Assembly (NCBI GenBank): GCA_051362555.1
Contig: CM120645.1
Coordinates: 310,001-374,000 of the forward strand
Source of the DNA: Lingula anatina
Taxonomy: Eukaryota > Animalia > Brachiopoda
DNA length: 64,000 bases
Direction: 5' to 3'
In this document: positions 49,378 through 63,100 of the stretch, in pieces
How the letters are laid out: each line of letters opens with the position of its first letter
Position numbering within the stretch: position 1 is the stretch's first letter
Notes under the pieces: model-generated
Databases searched by the model: none
What the model saw: only the letters and a program-made list of their open reading frames with translations
Told to the model about the DNA's origin: nothing
Program-made: the position numbers and the translations under genes

Positions 49378-51285
49378 TCATAATTGATAGACTTTAATCT
49401 CGCCTGTCTTTTCCCCAACGACTAGTTGTCCGAGACGATTAATTGCAACATCTTTTGGTCCATCAAGCCCATTTTCTTTGCTTAAAAGAAACTGTCTGAA
49501 TTTCCCATCTGGTGACACCAGGTGTAGACGATGGTTCTTGAGGTCTGTTAGAATTATATCTCCATTATCCATGCAGAAAGTGCCGCCTGGAAGGTTCACC
49601 TGTCCATCCCCATCACCCAGGGTACCATATCTATATTTAAGCTGGAGAGTGGGATCATATACGCGGATGTGATGATCCCCTGGATCTGTGACGATGACGT
49701 CATCATTCACATTACATTGGATGCGTTTGAAATATTTACCCTCTCCAGGGTCTGGTGTCGTCTGCAGGACCTTGCCATCCTTGTGGTGCACAGTCAGATT
49801 ATTACGACCGGCCACCACATAGTGACCCTTGCTGTTGACCGCTATAGCTTCGGGTGACTCACTGTGGAATGTTCTCACGTGGTTTCCTGTCTTGGCGTAG
49901 ACAATGATTTCATTTGATCCAAGACATCTAGTGACGATGTTACCGTCATCATCAATGGCAATCCCGGCAAAGGCATACTTTTCTGCTGCTCTTGGGTTTG
50001 GTATTGTGCCCTGTAGGACAAAGTTGGTATCGTAGATGTGGATTCTATTCACTGATCTTTCAACATTACAAAAAACACCAACAAGGGTGTCACCATTTGC
50101 ATCAGTGGTCACATGACTGAGCACCTCCTCAGGAGACTTTGCTAATTCTACTTTAAACGATGTCACCAGTCTTCCACATACAGCAGGAACCACGTCTCCA
50201 AGGCAACGGTTGATATTGGTAACCCACTCCTCCATGTCTTTGGTGATAAGCTGTAGGCGGGTCATGGTTGCAGACAGGGTCGGGATGTCGAGAGTATGAA
50301 CGCTCTCGCTGCTTTGCTCACAGGCGGAGGCCATTTGAAGGACATCCATATTGTTCCCATGGTTTATTACCTTTCTGGAGAAGTCTACAACGTCGTCCAG
50401 TTGGTTTTGGTCGGCGGTAGCAATCGCAATTAAACCATCCAAAACTTCTAGTTTAGCGTCCGACTTGGCATCTATTTCTACCAGAAGATCATCAGCACAT
50501 TGACGGAGCACTGTAATCATTAGCTGTAACTGCTGGTTAACTTGATTCTTTGCCTTCTTTCTTCCCTCTTCTACTGATGCTTTCTGGTCTTCAGCAGCGG
50601 TTTTAAACTGATCGTAGAGTAGACTTTTCTTCTCGATAGGTTTTATGTTGAGTTCTAGTTTTTCCTTACGTTTGTCAGCAGCAGTGTTGATTCTTAGGCA
50701 ATCATGATCCTTGTGTTCTAAAACCATACAACCGACGCAGATGAACATTTTACACACTGGGCAGAAGATTTCTACGGGGTCCTTGTTGTTGTGGTCACAA
50801 AGGATGTTTTGTCGGGCACGCAGCTCTGTCACGTATTCGTCGCTGTCTATCTGGTCGACAGGAAACAATTTGTGGTCACGGTTTAACTTATGAAGCACAT
50901 GGTCAGAAGAACAATTTCCACACATACTTTCACTGCAGTCCAAACAACGTTTTGTCGCCATCAGTGGATTGCGTGCATTTTTCAAGCAACATACCTCGCA
51001 TTTCTTGGCAGCTTTGGCTTGTTCTACTTGACCAAGTGTGTGTGATATGCTGACCACAAGATGATTTGTTTGTAAACTGCTAACACCGCCCCTAGGGAGG
51101 TCACACTTTCGTCTACAGATAGGACAAGGGAAGCCAGGCTGACCTTTAAAGTTTCTGTCCAAATGGTCTTGGAGGCAATGCTGGCAAAACGTATGCGAAC
51201 AGCCGAGGACCTTGGGGTCTTTGAACTTTTCAAAACATATGCTGCACGTTAGGAAATCTTCCGTTAGGATCTTGGACAAAGACAT
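49378..51285 (-). CDS. TRIM E3 ligase, RING-Bbox1-Bbox2-coiled coil-NHL, copy 4, 635 aa, single coding exon
   Basis: Intact ORF collinear with copies 2 and 3. RING and B-box Cys/His ligands retained. Confidence 0.92.
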   Translation of the reverse strand: MSLSKILTEDFLTCSICFEKFKDPKVLGCSHTFCQHCLQDHLDRNFKGQPGFPCPICRRKCDLPRGGVSSLQTNHLVVSISHTLGQVEQAKAAKKCEVCCLKNARNPLMATKRCLDCSESMCGNCSSDHVLHKLNRDHKLFPVDQIDSDEYVTELRARQNILCDHNNKDPVEIFCPVCKMFICVGCMVLEHKDHDCLRINTAADKRKEKLELNIKPIEKKSLLYDQFKTAAEDQKASVEEGRKKAKNQVNQQLQLMITVLRQCADDLLVEIDAKSDAKLEVLDGLIAIATADQNQLDDVVDFSRKVINHGNNMDVLQMASACEQSSESVHTLDIPTLSATMTRLQLITKDMEEWVTNINRCLGDVVPAVCGRLVTSFKVELAKSPEEVLSHVTTDANGDTLVGVFCNVERSVNRIHIYDTNFVLQGTIPNPRAAEKYAFAGIAIDDDGNIVTRCLGSNEIIVYAKTGNHVRTFHSESPEAIAVNSKGHYVVAGRNNLTVHHKDGKVLQTTPDPGEGKYFKRIQCNVNDDVIVTDPGDHHIRVYDPTLQLKYRYGTLGDGDGQVNLPGGTFCMDNGDIILTDLKNHRLHLVSPDGKFRQFLLSKENGLDGPKDVAINRLGQLVVGEKTGEIKVYQL

Positions 51286-53790
51286 GACTCCTCAGACCAA
51301 TATCTTAAATTAGACAAATGAAAGTCATTGTATTAATGATAAAGAATTGGTAAAAGGGGTAAAGACATATCAGTATACTCTATTTAAATACATGAAGTGT
51401 AAGGTATGGGTGTTAATGTCTAAATGCAATAAGACCTGTCCTGATATGACGAAAAGTTATGAAACGTCTTCATTATACTTAAGAAGGACGCCTCTCTATT
51501 GGGTTAACGTGACAATAGTTTTTATCACCAAGATGGATATCAGTACAGTAGGAATGAAAACACAAAGCGAACTAATAAAAAATAAACAAACCAACAAAAA
51601 AAAGAAGATATCACTTTACAATTAGATATGTAATTAACCATGACTTCATGTAGAGTGAATTAAGGTATAAATGAAAATATGAAATGGGATATAAATTTTA
51701 AAAAGCAATTGTAACTGAAACATTACAAGATAGTTATATGACGAGTAAGTACTACGGTGCGAACGTGGGAACAAACGGTAATGTTTAACCACCCTTCAGA
51801 AACACAAACTGCAGCAACCTCCAAACCAGTTCATTATCAGATACATTATCTTCCCTATGTATAATAAATGACAATATAGTAGGACTAAAATTTACCTGCA
51901 CTTTCTCCAGTTATATTTCGTTTGGTTGCAAGTACAAGCCCCAAGTCGCCGTTTAGATGTGCTGTGTCTAGTAACATGTACACCTGGTCAGGTGAGTCGT
52001 TCAATGTTCAAGGAGACTTTAAAGTCATCTTAATCAGCAGAATAGTACTATCTCTATGTACAATACAGACACGGTGACATATTTTATCGCTTTTATCTGA
52101 TCGAGTTCAATTGCGTACACTGATACAACTGACCTAGTAACAGGGGTGTATAAAATATATTACAGTACCTTGCAGATAGTTATAATACAGTGATCCGCAA
52201 TGGGCCTTCATCTAAATGTTGTGTTGTGGATTAAGTAATCACAATCTGATACTTGAGGTAAATGTAGGAATTAGGATTTAGGATTTATTCATTAATACAT
52301 TCGCTTGCCGGTGGTGGTAATGAGGTAGACAGACCTTTTAACGAATACTATGCTGAGTGCATGTATGTGTTATATATTGAACATTCTGCTTTACAATCGG
52401 AGCAGTAAAAGAATTCGGTATGTTTCAACAACTGCAATCAAATCTCAACAACCGCAATCTGTCTCACAAATCTTGCAGTATCACCTCTACCGCATTGTGT
52501 CTGCATTGAGACTCTTTCTTTAAGTGAAAAATGGATCAAACAATAATGGGACGTTACGTGCGACAGGAATGGTAGTCTTAGGAATGAAGTCAGGGGCCCC
52601 ATATGATAAGTAGAAGTTAGGCTTAGTCAGAGTATTGGGATTAGTAGATGAGACCAGTGTCACATATACAATGTAATAGGGAGCGGACTACGGCTTCTAG
52701 CGGTCTACCATTCCTGTCACACCGGGACAACGACATCAAAATATTTACGACATCAGTCCTGGAACGCTTAGTGCCAGGTGTGGTTAACAGAAGGGTTGCC
52801 AACATTTCCAGTAATAATTTAATAGGTGCTTTAAAATACGAGCACTTAATTATCGGCAAGTAATCAGTAACTTCCATTTAAATATTAATAATCCAATTAT
52901 AATTGTAAATAAATAAATTCTAATCTGTCCAGCGTCTTCATGTAATATTACAAAACCTACGAGTTACTTTTTGCCGATGATATTCAGTATGTATAATGGC
53001 GAAGATAACATTATTGTATTATCACTATATTGTATTCACAGTAATATGTAAGACACAGGATTATAACAAATACGTGGTATCGTCTGGTGTCGCCTGTTTG
53101 ATATACGTACTGGTGTTGGGGGCACGTCCAAGGGGTAAGGTGGGCTTGACATTAAACGTATCCTAGAATTCAGAATGGTTCTTTTCTCAAAGTAATAATG
53201 AGTCCAGCGACCATTTCGTTGTATATTGGGAGGCGGGACGTACGATACAGTCACCACCGTGAATAATCCTGATAGAACGCTCACCCTAAATAACCAAAAC
53301 ATGTTCCAAATACCTGCGGAAATCGTCTGTCATATTTAAGTAAATGGCAGTTCAGTGTGAATTACCAGATAAAACCTATAAAAAGCGCGGTTGCGATGCT
53401 TTTACTGTCAATTTGTGGGAGAATAAACATGCTCCAAAGGTGGAATATAACCGTCGCTACTTCAGATTTCAAGAACCACGTTAGTTGTTTGGTGTGGTCC
53501 TTTATCCAGTCCACACTGGGCGGCTTCTACGTGTTCTTTCTATGTATTAAAATTGTTGATATAGTCTTACCATTGTACATGAAGTACTGTATATTAGGTA
53601 ATGGCCGAAGACACTGTTTTAATCAAATGTACTTGAATCTAAATAAAAAATACGTGTGACTCTGCTGTATAGAATGGAGAATTAACGTAAAACATTTTAA
53701 ATCTAATATGTAAGCAATTAACAACTATGCAGTGCAAGAAACTGCGTCTAGAGTATATTAAGGACCCTTCAGTATTAAAATTGTATATAA

Positions 53791-54764
53791 GGCCACACTT
53801 TTTTATGTTTATGGATGACATCCTGCGCGCGCACCGATTTTCGTCCGTTCTCAAAAAAAAAAAAAAAAAAAAAAAAATCACCCCCAACGAAGTCGGTTGT
53901 CGCAAACGCCCTTCTTGAATTTCGCCGGAAAATGAGCTTTCTGCGCATGCGAATTATCGCCACGTGCAAACATGGCTTTGCCGTCAAATTCATCTCTAGG
54001 ATTACTGTCAAATTACACGACAATTAAAGTCATGAAGAGGACGCATGCCGTCGTTTTGGATTGGTATGCATTGATATTAGGCATGGAGATATCACCTTTC
54101 TACAATTATACGAAAGGCTGGCGGCGGCCAGCGATTATCGCCCGGAAAATTTCAGTGACATTCTGTCCAAAGCAGCACATACCAGTTTTTTTTTGTAGCG
54201 AAAATAGGGTCGACAAGGGCGTCGAGGTATTTGGTGTGCTGAAGGTCGGACAGGCCACCCGACAGTTTGGCTGCTTCGTGCCAGTCAAAGTAGACAAAAC
54301 GGCATCGACCGAAATGACCTTTAATAGATTTAGTAGTATTAAGCATATCTTTGCATGATTTATTATTTTTTTTTACATTTCTGTGAAGTTTTCATAATGC
54401 TTTAATATTCTGAGAGCACAAATAAAGACACACTGTTTGTTTAATGTTTGTTTTATTGATTGGTATACCAACAAAATGCATAAAATAACCCTAAATAGAT
54501 TTGGTAATATGCAGCATATCTATTCATGACTTTTTTTACCTTTCTACAAAGTATTCACAATGCTTTAATATTTTCAGAGCATGGATAAAGACATATTGTT
54601 AGTTTGATACTTGTTTCTGTGGTAAATTTGTGTTTCCAGCTGTGTACTGACAACATTCCTTTACTTAAGCAGTTTTTTTTGGACTGCTTTTCTTTTTTTC
54701 GCCCTCTCGCACCGACTTCGAGGTCCCCAGAAGATGTCATCCATAAAACTAAAAAAGTGTGGCC
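53791..54764. mobile_element. Non-autonomous PIF/Harbinger-type DNA transposon (974 bp)
   Basis: 32-bp TIRs GGCCACACTTTTTTATGTTTATGGATGACATC (53791-53822) and its inverse (54733-54764), 30/32 match. Flanking TAA at 53788-90 and 54765-67. Confidence 0.75.
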
Positions 54765-57700
54765 TAACAGTTTTTAGAGTCCCGTACGGCTGCTGGGTTC
54801 TATCCTCAAAGGGAGACAGTTAATTTACACAATGGCCATAAAAGTTACACATACCAAGACTGTATACCACCCTAGACATACACGCTGTACTGATTTAATG
54901 CCGATTTTTATGTGAGGTATAGTACGTGCCACTCTTGTCAGAGAAAGAAGAGAACGTCATCAGATAAGTTTCACATCTACCACTGAACTACATGAAGGGA
55001 TTTGCAACCACCTTTTGTCTGTATTTTTAAAGCACATCTGCTTGTACAGGTACATACAGGTACAGGTATGTGCTGTTTGAGCTTGATAGAATGTTCTGCC
55101 AATCAGTAAAGTCATAAATCTTGAACTAATTTGCTAAAGCGGTGAACTGAAATTGTCCTACCGTGTGTATTTCAGGGACACAGTGCACCCATACTAGGAA
55201 CCCGGCGTCCATAGCGTACCTGTGTCATTTACTTTAGGGCACGGTTGTGAATGGTTGATTTTTTCATGATTTCCAAGCAGATACACGAACGGCTAGTCAC
55301 GTTAAACCCACGGTCACAGGTACGCTCACAAAAGCGTGTAGTCAGTCCAATATTTACCGAAATCGACCCAAAATCCTATTCTCTGGACAGACAGAAAGGT
55401 CATTGCATCGATATCATTAATAAGATGTACCCTGTAAGAATACATGTATGGAGCCGTTAGAGCTCGATTTGGAAGACATTATGCCAAGGTATTCATCTTC
55501 AAAGTATATAGAAAATAATCATTTTGACAACGGTTGAAGTGTTTGCCATCCACCATGAATCTATCACAAAATTTAAATAAAATCTGGTTACATATAATTA
55601 TGAGACTCAGGCTTAGAGAGGAAATGTAGATTGTGCCTTCTGATTGCATCTTAAAGGTCATAGAACATGTACAAAAGCTCAATATCCGCGTTCCCAAGAG
55701 TTTAATACAGCCAGTGAACGCTCTGTACTGTACTACCTTGCTTCGTGCATCACTTGTTTTTCTTGCTGCAACTTATGTCTCTTGAGAATATATAAAGAAT
55801 ACCTACATGTGTATAGGAACATTTATTCCACGTGCTTTGTTTATCTTCTGCGTTTCCCCATATATAACGTACATAATGGGTTTTAGTACCTTTTTACATC
55901 ATGTTGATGGGTAATATGCGCAGGCCTACAGTGGTCTCATACAAATACATATTTTAATTGAAATATGTAGCTAAAACAAGTGAGAAAAACACTATCAAGT
56001 CTTTTTTTCCATCCCAACTCAAATTTTTTACTAACATTGCTAACTAGCTTTAGGTAAACCACACCACTATACAACAACCTAACTGGGCTCCTTTGAGAAT
56101 ATTTTGACCTTTCTTGCACTATTTGCAATAAGTTTGATTTATATTGGCACTGCATTGCCCTGAAGTTGATGAGGTTATATCGCCAACCCTTTTTTGTTTA
56201 AACAAAACATAGTCAAGACTTGTTTTTATGACCCAAGGGTAGCAGCTATATTTGGTGTGCTGTACGGACCGAAATTTACTGAATGTCCGTATTCACAGTA
56301 TTGTGTATAATAGAAAACAGGAATGGAATACAGAACATGCGGAACAACCCGACTTTACGATACCCTGGTTACACCAATGATGTACATCTCACTTCTTTCT
56401 ACAGTTTCAGCATATAAATTACCCGCCTGTATAATTTAATCATCGTTACCACATACTGCATGCACATTAATTTTTGTTTACAATGCCGACCACCGGCCAC
56501 ATATCAAGTCTCGTCGTTCCATATTACATTCTCCTGAGTTCAGATGATATTGGGTCACCTTTATAAGAGTATGTGACATTGTCACACGAAGATTTAGTGG
56601 TTCATTTTCAGATTACTTTTAAATATAACAAACAGTGGCCCAGCAAGCCTTGCGGGTCCATTTTTGATCTGTGCATACTGCAGAGGTCATTGGAACAGCC
56701 GTATAAGAATCTGACATACATCTCTTTGCAACCCCACAAATGAAATTTGTGCAAAATTGTTGGTAAATAATAACTTTTGCTGACTCGTCGCATCATAATT
56801 TTTAGGATGATGAGTCTTATTGAATATTTGATATATAATATTTATCCCTAAGGCCATAACATTTAATACAGGCAACAATTTGCTACATTGTTATTATTGT
56901 TAAAACGATCAGGATAGATAGAGGGGTTATATAATAAAAGCGGCCTTGTTTGGCCAAATCACGAACAATCAATACTCCTGGTTACCTTCTTTCTTGCTAT
57001 GAATGAGACTATAAAAGTTTGTGGTACACTGAGATGGAGGAGACATAAAATTTTTGTTGCACAATAATGTGGATGGATATTTCTTATTTTAAGCTTTTAT
57101 GTCCTTTAGGTTCTGTTCCTTGAAAGTTTTTTGTTTTATTACATTTAAGTATATCAAATGGAATACGTTTTAATAGAAAAATTATATTTGAATTCTTTAA
57201 GTTTCGTTGACTAGAATTTTATTGGAATGGCGTTTGCAGATGAGACCGTACGGATAATCTACATTGTATGTTACTATGGGTCCTTCATGAATTGGTAATG
57301 TAAGCAATATTTGTATATAGTTTAAAATAACAAAAACGTTATATATGTTGAGAGTTATCCACACAGAATTTCCCAGAAGAGTTAATAAAGTGCAGAACAG
57401 AGTGTAAGATTATAAGATAATAAAGATTTTTTCCATGCCGTGCACTTAATGTTACAACCCACAGTCAACAACACGGGGCAGAATTAATCCCCAACACAAG
57501 GCACGCGTTCTTCATCAGGTGACTGCATGGCGACCTTCACCCCAACACTATCTATAGGGACAGCAACACGTTATGAATGAATAAAAATAAAACCTCTGTT
57601 AATGCGTTTCTTCGTGTTACGTAATTACACCTTTATGATATTCAGCAAAGTGGTTAAGTGGGATATGCACTGTTTGAAACTATTACACATGTATGAGGCG

Positions 57701-57969
57701 TTTCTGTGCATCGTCGATATTTTGTATATTTCCATACCAATATAAATTAAAGATTTGGAACTATTAACGGGACTAAGAGAGCTCCAACGTCTCATGGGAT
57801 TGTCTGCCTTAGAGAACGATAAATTGATTTTCCCCATAACTTATACATGTAAAAAGCATTCTTCGCCTACCATGATTATATATATTTAAATATGAATCGC
57901 AGAAATAATCCAACTAAGGGAGAGAGCTATAGGGAAGATGATGTCGGAGCAGGAAGGAAATATAAGCAC

Positions 57970-58145
57970 GCATTCAGAACAGCGGACTAGCAGAACAGCG
58001 GCTGAAATATGCTGACTGACTTAAAAGCTTGCCGCTTAATTCCCGATTAGACACGGAATAGAGACTTCGCGGGATTACGTAACAGTCATTCAAGTGGATC
58101 GGCCATATTTGATCCGTGGATTTGTTAGTCCGCTGTTCTGAAAGC
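57970..58145. mobile_element. MITE-like inverted-repeat element (~176 bp)
   Basis: GCATTCAGAACAGCGGACTAGCA (57970-57992) versus the reverse complement of 58123-58145, GCTTTCAGAACAGCGGACTAACA, 21/23 match. Confidence 0.55.
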
Positions 58146-60076
58146 TCTCTATGACGCGTGAACTGTAAATAAACGTGTGATCAGGAAATAGGCCTTTGTG
58201 ATTATACATGTAGTAATGTCACTTCTGAAAAGGGTCAAGAAGACATACTTTGACTCCCTACTAAGCACAACGCACACAATTGCACCATTTTGCAAAGTAC
58301 CGTCAAGGAGTGTCGGTGTAAGAGACATACGGTTAGGATAGTCCAAATACCATCCTCAAATTCTTGCAATAACAGCTATATATAGTATTCTATTATAGCG
58401 AAGGTTTATAATTACCATTTTGATCACCCCTTATGTTTTTGATATGCTTTCAGTACCGGTTAACGTTAGAAATTAATACACTCCTCACGTAAAAACACTT
58501 TTCCTTGTATCCTCGACATTCATATCAAAGATTTGTATCCGGGATGGAAGTTTAACTGAAGTCCAATATCAGTCAATTAAACTTCAATACTACAACTTTC
58601 AGCTCTGGCTTCCCTTGATGTTCACAAAGCATACCACGAATAGGCGTTATCATACACGCTTACATTTGACACAAACTGCCGATAGATTTCTAAAAGACGC
58701 TCTGCTTCCTTTGAACTATTGGCAGGAAATACATAATCAATTGTTGTTCACTTAGCGTCCTAAATTGGTATGGGGTTGTAACAGAATGCACGCAGATGTA
58801 AAACGTCACAATTTTGGGAAGCACGTCACAAGCAGTTAAAGCACTGATGTGAAATATTTCAGTTTATATAATTTGACCTTCGTGTGCTTCACATGGTCCA
58901 TCAGGCCAGGCAACGTACATGTAAGTCAAGATGTGTTCTATGGTAGTTAACGTCACACCTATTGGATGCTGGCCAATCTCGCAGTACTGAATGGAGGAAA
59001 GATGTTGGAGTGAAGAACGGGCTGTCATTATTGCCTGTTTGGAACTAATCATCTAAAACGGCATTATCGACATCCAAGGTCTAATGAGGGAATTAATATC
59101 TTTCAAATATTGTTTTTGTTGCCAGAAATTTCCAATTGCATTAAGCTTATCAATGCCCCATGCAATTCAATGTAGTAATTGCTTGTTTCTCAAGCCTCAC
59201 TGCACTGGCAGCAACAGAGCGTAGGACTGCTATTGTGACGTCATCAGCACTAATTGCCAGGAATCCGGGGCTCTTTGAGAACCCATTTATCATTAATCAG
59301 ATGGGAATAAAATCGCTCGAGGAGGATTGCCTCCATTTCCTCGCATTATCTAATAAACTGGCGGAAGCACATAACTTATACATTAACTTCACTTAGCAGA
59401 GAAATAACGTGCGGCAATCCACACCGTCTGTAAAGATGAACAAACCGCATGAGTTTACACTTCACCATTTTTTAAATCCCCATTTAGCACATTTAGCAGC
59501 GTGGCTGTTCTTCCCTAGCACCTCATCATGTGAGGTTTTGTTGAAGTGCTTGCTTGCTTGCTTTAATTATAGACTAAGATTGTGTGAACTCAGCGACTTA
59601 ATTTGTCTGCTGACTTCAATCTATTTCGGCACTTGGCTGTGAAAATACGATTCCACAGGGTGCATCCCAGACGCTGAGATCGACATGAATATTCCTGTCC
59701 TGTCTGAAATCGGGTACGCAAGTAAATATTTGTCTAAGCTTTTTGATTCTGACACATTTTGATATCCGTAAAATGCCTTAAATATCTCTAGTAGTATTAC
59801 TTTCGCTGTTTTAATAATCTTTTTCTACCATATATCTACGTACATGTACGTCAAAGGCTTATACTGATTTTCAGCAATTTCCCCGTAATCATTGGTATTA
59901 ATACTGTCTGATAAAATAACAATATACAGGTATTAGTACTTACTTGGTTGCATCACCACTACCGGTAGATGACATGCAGTGTGTATTCAAGATATATTGG
60001 ACAGAACGGCGTGTTTTTACGTGCAGCGTGGGTTTATCTGAATGGTATGTGGAGAGGTCGATATTGAAATAAACAA

Positions 60077-60111
<35 letters not shown>
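60077..60111. repeat. (ATT)n microsatellite
   Basis: About 11 perfect ATT units. Confidence 0.95.
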
Positions 60112-63100
60112 GAGTTTGTATAGCAAAAATAGCTTTCATGCCATCAACAAAAGGTAATGTCTTGAAAAGCATGTATTTTTTTTTTTTTTGAAAAGTGTGT
60201 AATTATAAGAGCAAACGGAAAACAGAAAAGCTGTTCCACATGTACTGCACTTGAATCATTTCGTTACCCTTCTACGAATTAGTCATTCAACGTACAAAGC
60301 AGATATATGCATCTCCAAGTTCTCATCTAGAATTAACTTATATTTTAGATGCTTTTTATTATTCGATCGAGCACTACATGTCAGTGAATCCTTTGTCTTA
60401 CTATACGCTCTGCAGTTAAAACTTGTAAGGCATTCTTTCAAGTTTATCTTAACAGCTCGCTATTCTATGCAGTGGTATAGTGTCCGTTAATTGAATCGGC
60501 CACACCTGACCCAGGAACTGAAATAATTTCTACACCTGTTGAGGAAGCTAAGCCACTCCTCTCCTGCGAACATTTATCTTGATATCTGGAAGTTATACCT
60601 TTGCTCTTCCCCTGTATGGAAATGGTCCAGGGTAAACGGGGCTTTGATATGGAGTATAATATGGTTGAATTTGTCTGTGCCGCTTCCGAAGGAGAATGTC
60701 CTCTTTTAGACTGCACACCTGGAGGCACATGTACAGGTAGAAGCTGTGCTTCACATTTAGGATTAATACTTTCAATATAACATTGACAAAAATGATGAGT
60801 CAATGAAAAGTGTTTATAATATACCGAGGATTATTTGACAATGAAGTAAGATTTTGAAACCAGAGCACATGGTTTCATAAATGACAGATGGTGAGTGGTT
60901 GGGACTCGCGGTGTATTGGCTCAGCTTCACTGAAACCTTTTAAACACAAACTCGTTGAGTGAAATGAGGTTAGTAAAAGAATGCCTAAATCACAAACAGG
61001 CAGAAGATTAAACCATATTTTACTAATAGCACATACTGAAAAATCCTCAAACGTAAACATTTCAGTGGCAAATTAAGGATTCATCTCTTTAATTAATGCG
61101 CATATGCAAATAATTCTGGTGAAAGCTATGATTCTTAACTTCAGTCTGGCGTTCACCCAAATGTCACGGTTGTCATATACCACAATTCCCGGAACCTATG
61201 CAATGAAAAGTTTACACCTTTTTAATGGAAATGACAAAGCTGTAGTACACAAAAATGCCTTGCTTCACATGCAGCCTTAATTGGAATCCATTCCGACGTA
61301 TTGAACTATACATCATCTAATTGGTTTACTGTACTGCAGGGAATTCTGCTAAAGTCGTTCACTTCCGAAGTCTTTGTAAAGTAAGACGAAACCCTTGACG
61401 TAGAAGACAATTTGATTGAAAGCACGGTCCTCCAGACACTTATCCAATCTCAGAGTGTTTGTTGTTCAAAATAAGATTATTGCGTAACTACGAGGACTAT
61501 AATATGTCATCAACAAGTGGTCAAAGACATCCATAGTGTAACTAGGATGCCACTGGTCTACTTCACACTATAGATTTGGACAAATCTAATATCTAGCTAA
61601 TTGATGGAGTTTAGAAACCAAATGGCTTTTGTATTGGTTTTGTATTAAAGAATTAGCTATCTTCTCAACCACAATATTCCTGGGGTGCTGTTTTTGTTTC
61701 TTTTTATCTTATATTATTTCAGTACTGATTTTTCACACTAATTGAAATACACGTTGGCATACCTGTTTCCTTTTCAAGGGAAAGATCCATTAAATGGTTA
61801 CACATGTACACATGTAACTGTATGTTGAACAAATGTTCTCTTCCAAACATTTGATCTATTTCTAACAACTCGCACCTGTTCATTTTACCATCTGAAAATA
61901 TTGTTTTAACTTTGAACGTCTATTACAGACTTAGAAAGATCAAAATGTGTTCCTATATGTATAACTGTCTGGTTATATAGTAAAACTGCCTTTAGCCTTC
62001 CAATAAAAATGGGCAAATGTTCCGTCAATGGCCTCTGGACTCTGCTTCATCCTTTGGTGTTTAATGATGTGACGGCACTGCCGCATTTGACCGATGAGCT
62101 GGCCGCCCTGCCCTCTCCCGTCCCACCTCATGCGGCCTATCAATAAAACAGCCGAGCAGACAATGAATCGATATTTTAATAATGACCTCATGGTTGCTGC
62201 TATATTCGACTTGTTTACGTGTTAAACCGTATGATTGATGGGTTTATCTCCTAAAGCCACTAGGTACGAGACTGATGTGGGCACAGTGATAGGGAGACAG
62301 TGCTTTGTTCTGGCAATTACGGACGGTTTCATTTTGCCGTAATCACTTTTACAGAGCTTACATCCGGCGCGGTAACTCGTAACACGAGGATCTTAGAATA
62401 AGTGATTTTGATAGTGATTTTGAAAGAAGATACATGTTATTAGTTTTTAAAAACAACCCAATAAAGAAGACCCATCCTTTTGGCATAGAATATGTTGACA
62501 ACGTTTGACTGTAGACCGTGGAGTAACAAGAATGACTTGAGCTTGTAATTATAAAACGAGTAAAAATAAATACGTCCAATGCACCTCTTTTAAGAACGCG
62601 GTTGGTAAATATTATATTACTCACTTCATGGATCACAAGTGTTGGTTTCTTTCTACTGTGTTGAATATTGATCCTTCCTTTTCATTCATTTCAATGATTG
62701 CGTGTCTTAGAAGATAAATGTTTGGCTGCCAAAGAGCGACTATTTTTGTCTGTTACATAGGCACATCAACAAGAAAACTATCAACAACAGTCTATATATA
62801 GTGTGTATTTAAAAATTACATTATTCCCCAATCGCGTATTGTGATCTTCGCCCAAGCCACTGTCTAGCCTTAATTACGGACTCCTCACCTTTAAACCCAC
62901 TGTATGCGAACAGTAAAACGAGTAACTTTTTTTTCATATTTAAAAAGCATATATTCTTCCTGTAAGTCCACGGCTTCCTCTGGTAAACAAAAATAAGATA
63001 GCTCGGAACAAACAATGTTATTCTTTGCTATAGAACCAAGAAAAAGTAACGCAGCACGCTTTTAAAAGCCAAAAGTCACCACGGATAGCAAACATTCTTT

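Noticed and set aside
59160-59642. GC-richer block with TAAT and CTTTGA motifs as a possible enhancer
   Set aside because: The motifs are too short to support a call without cross-species conservation.
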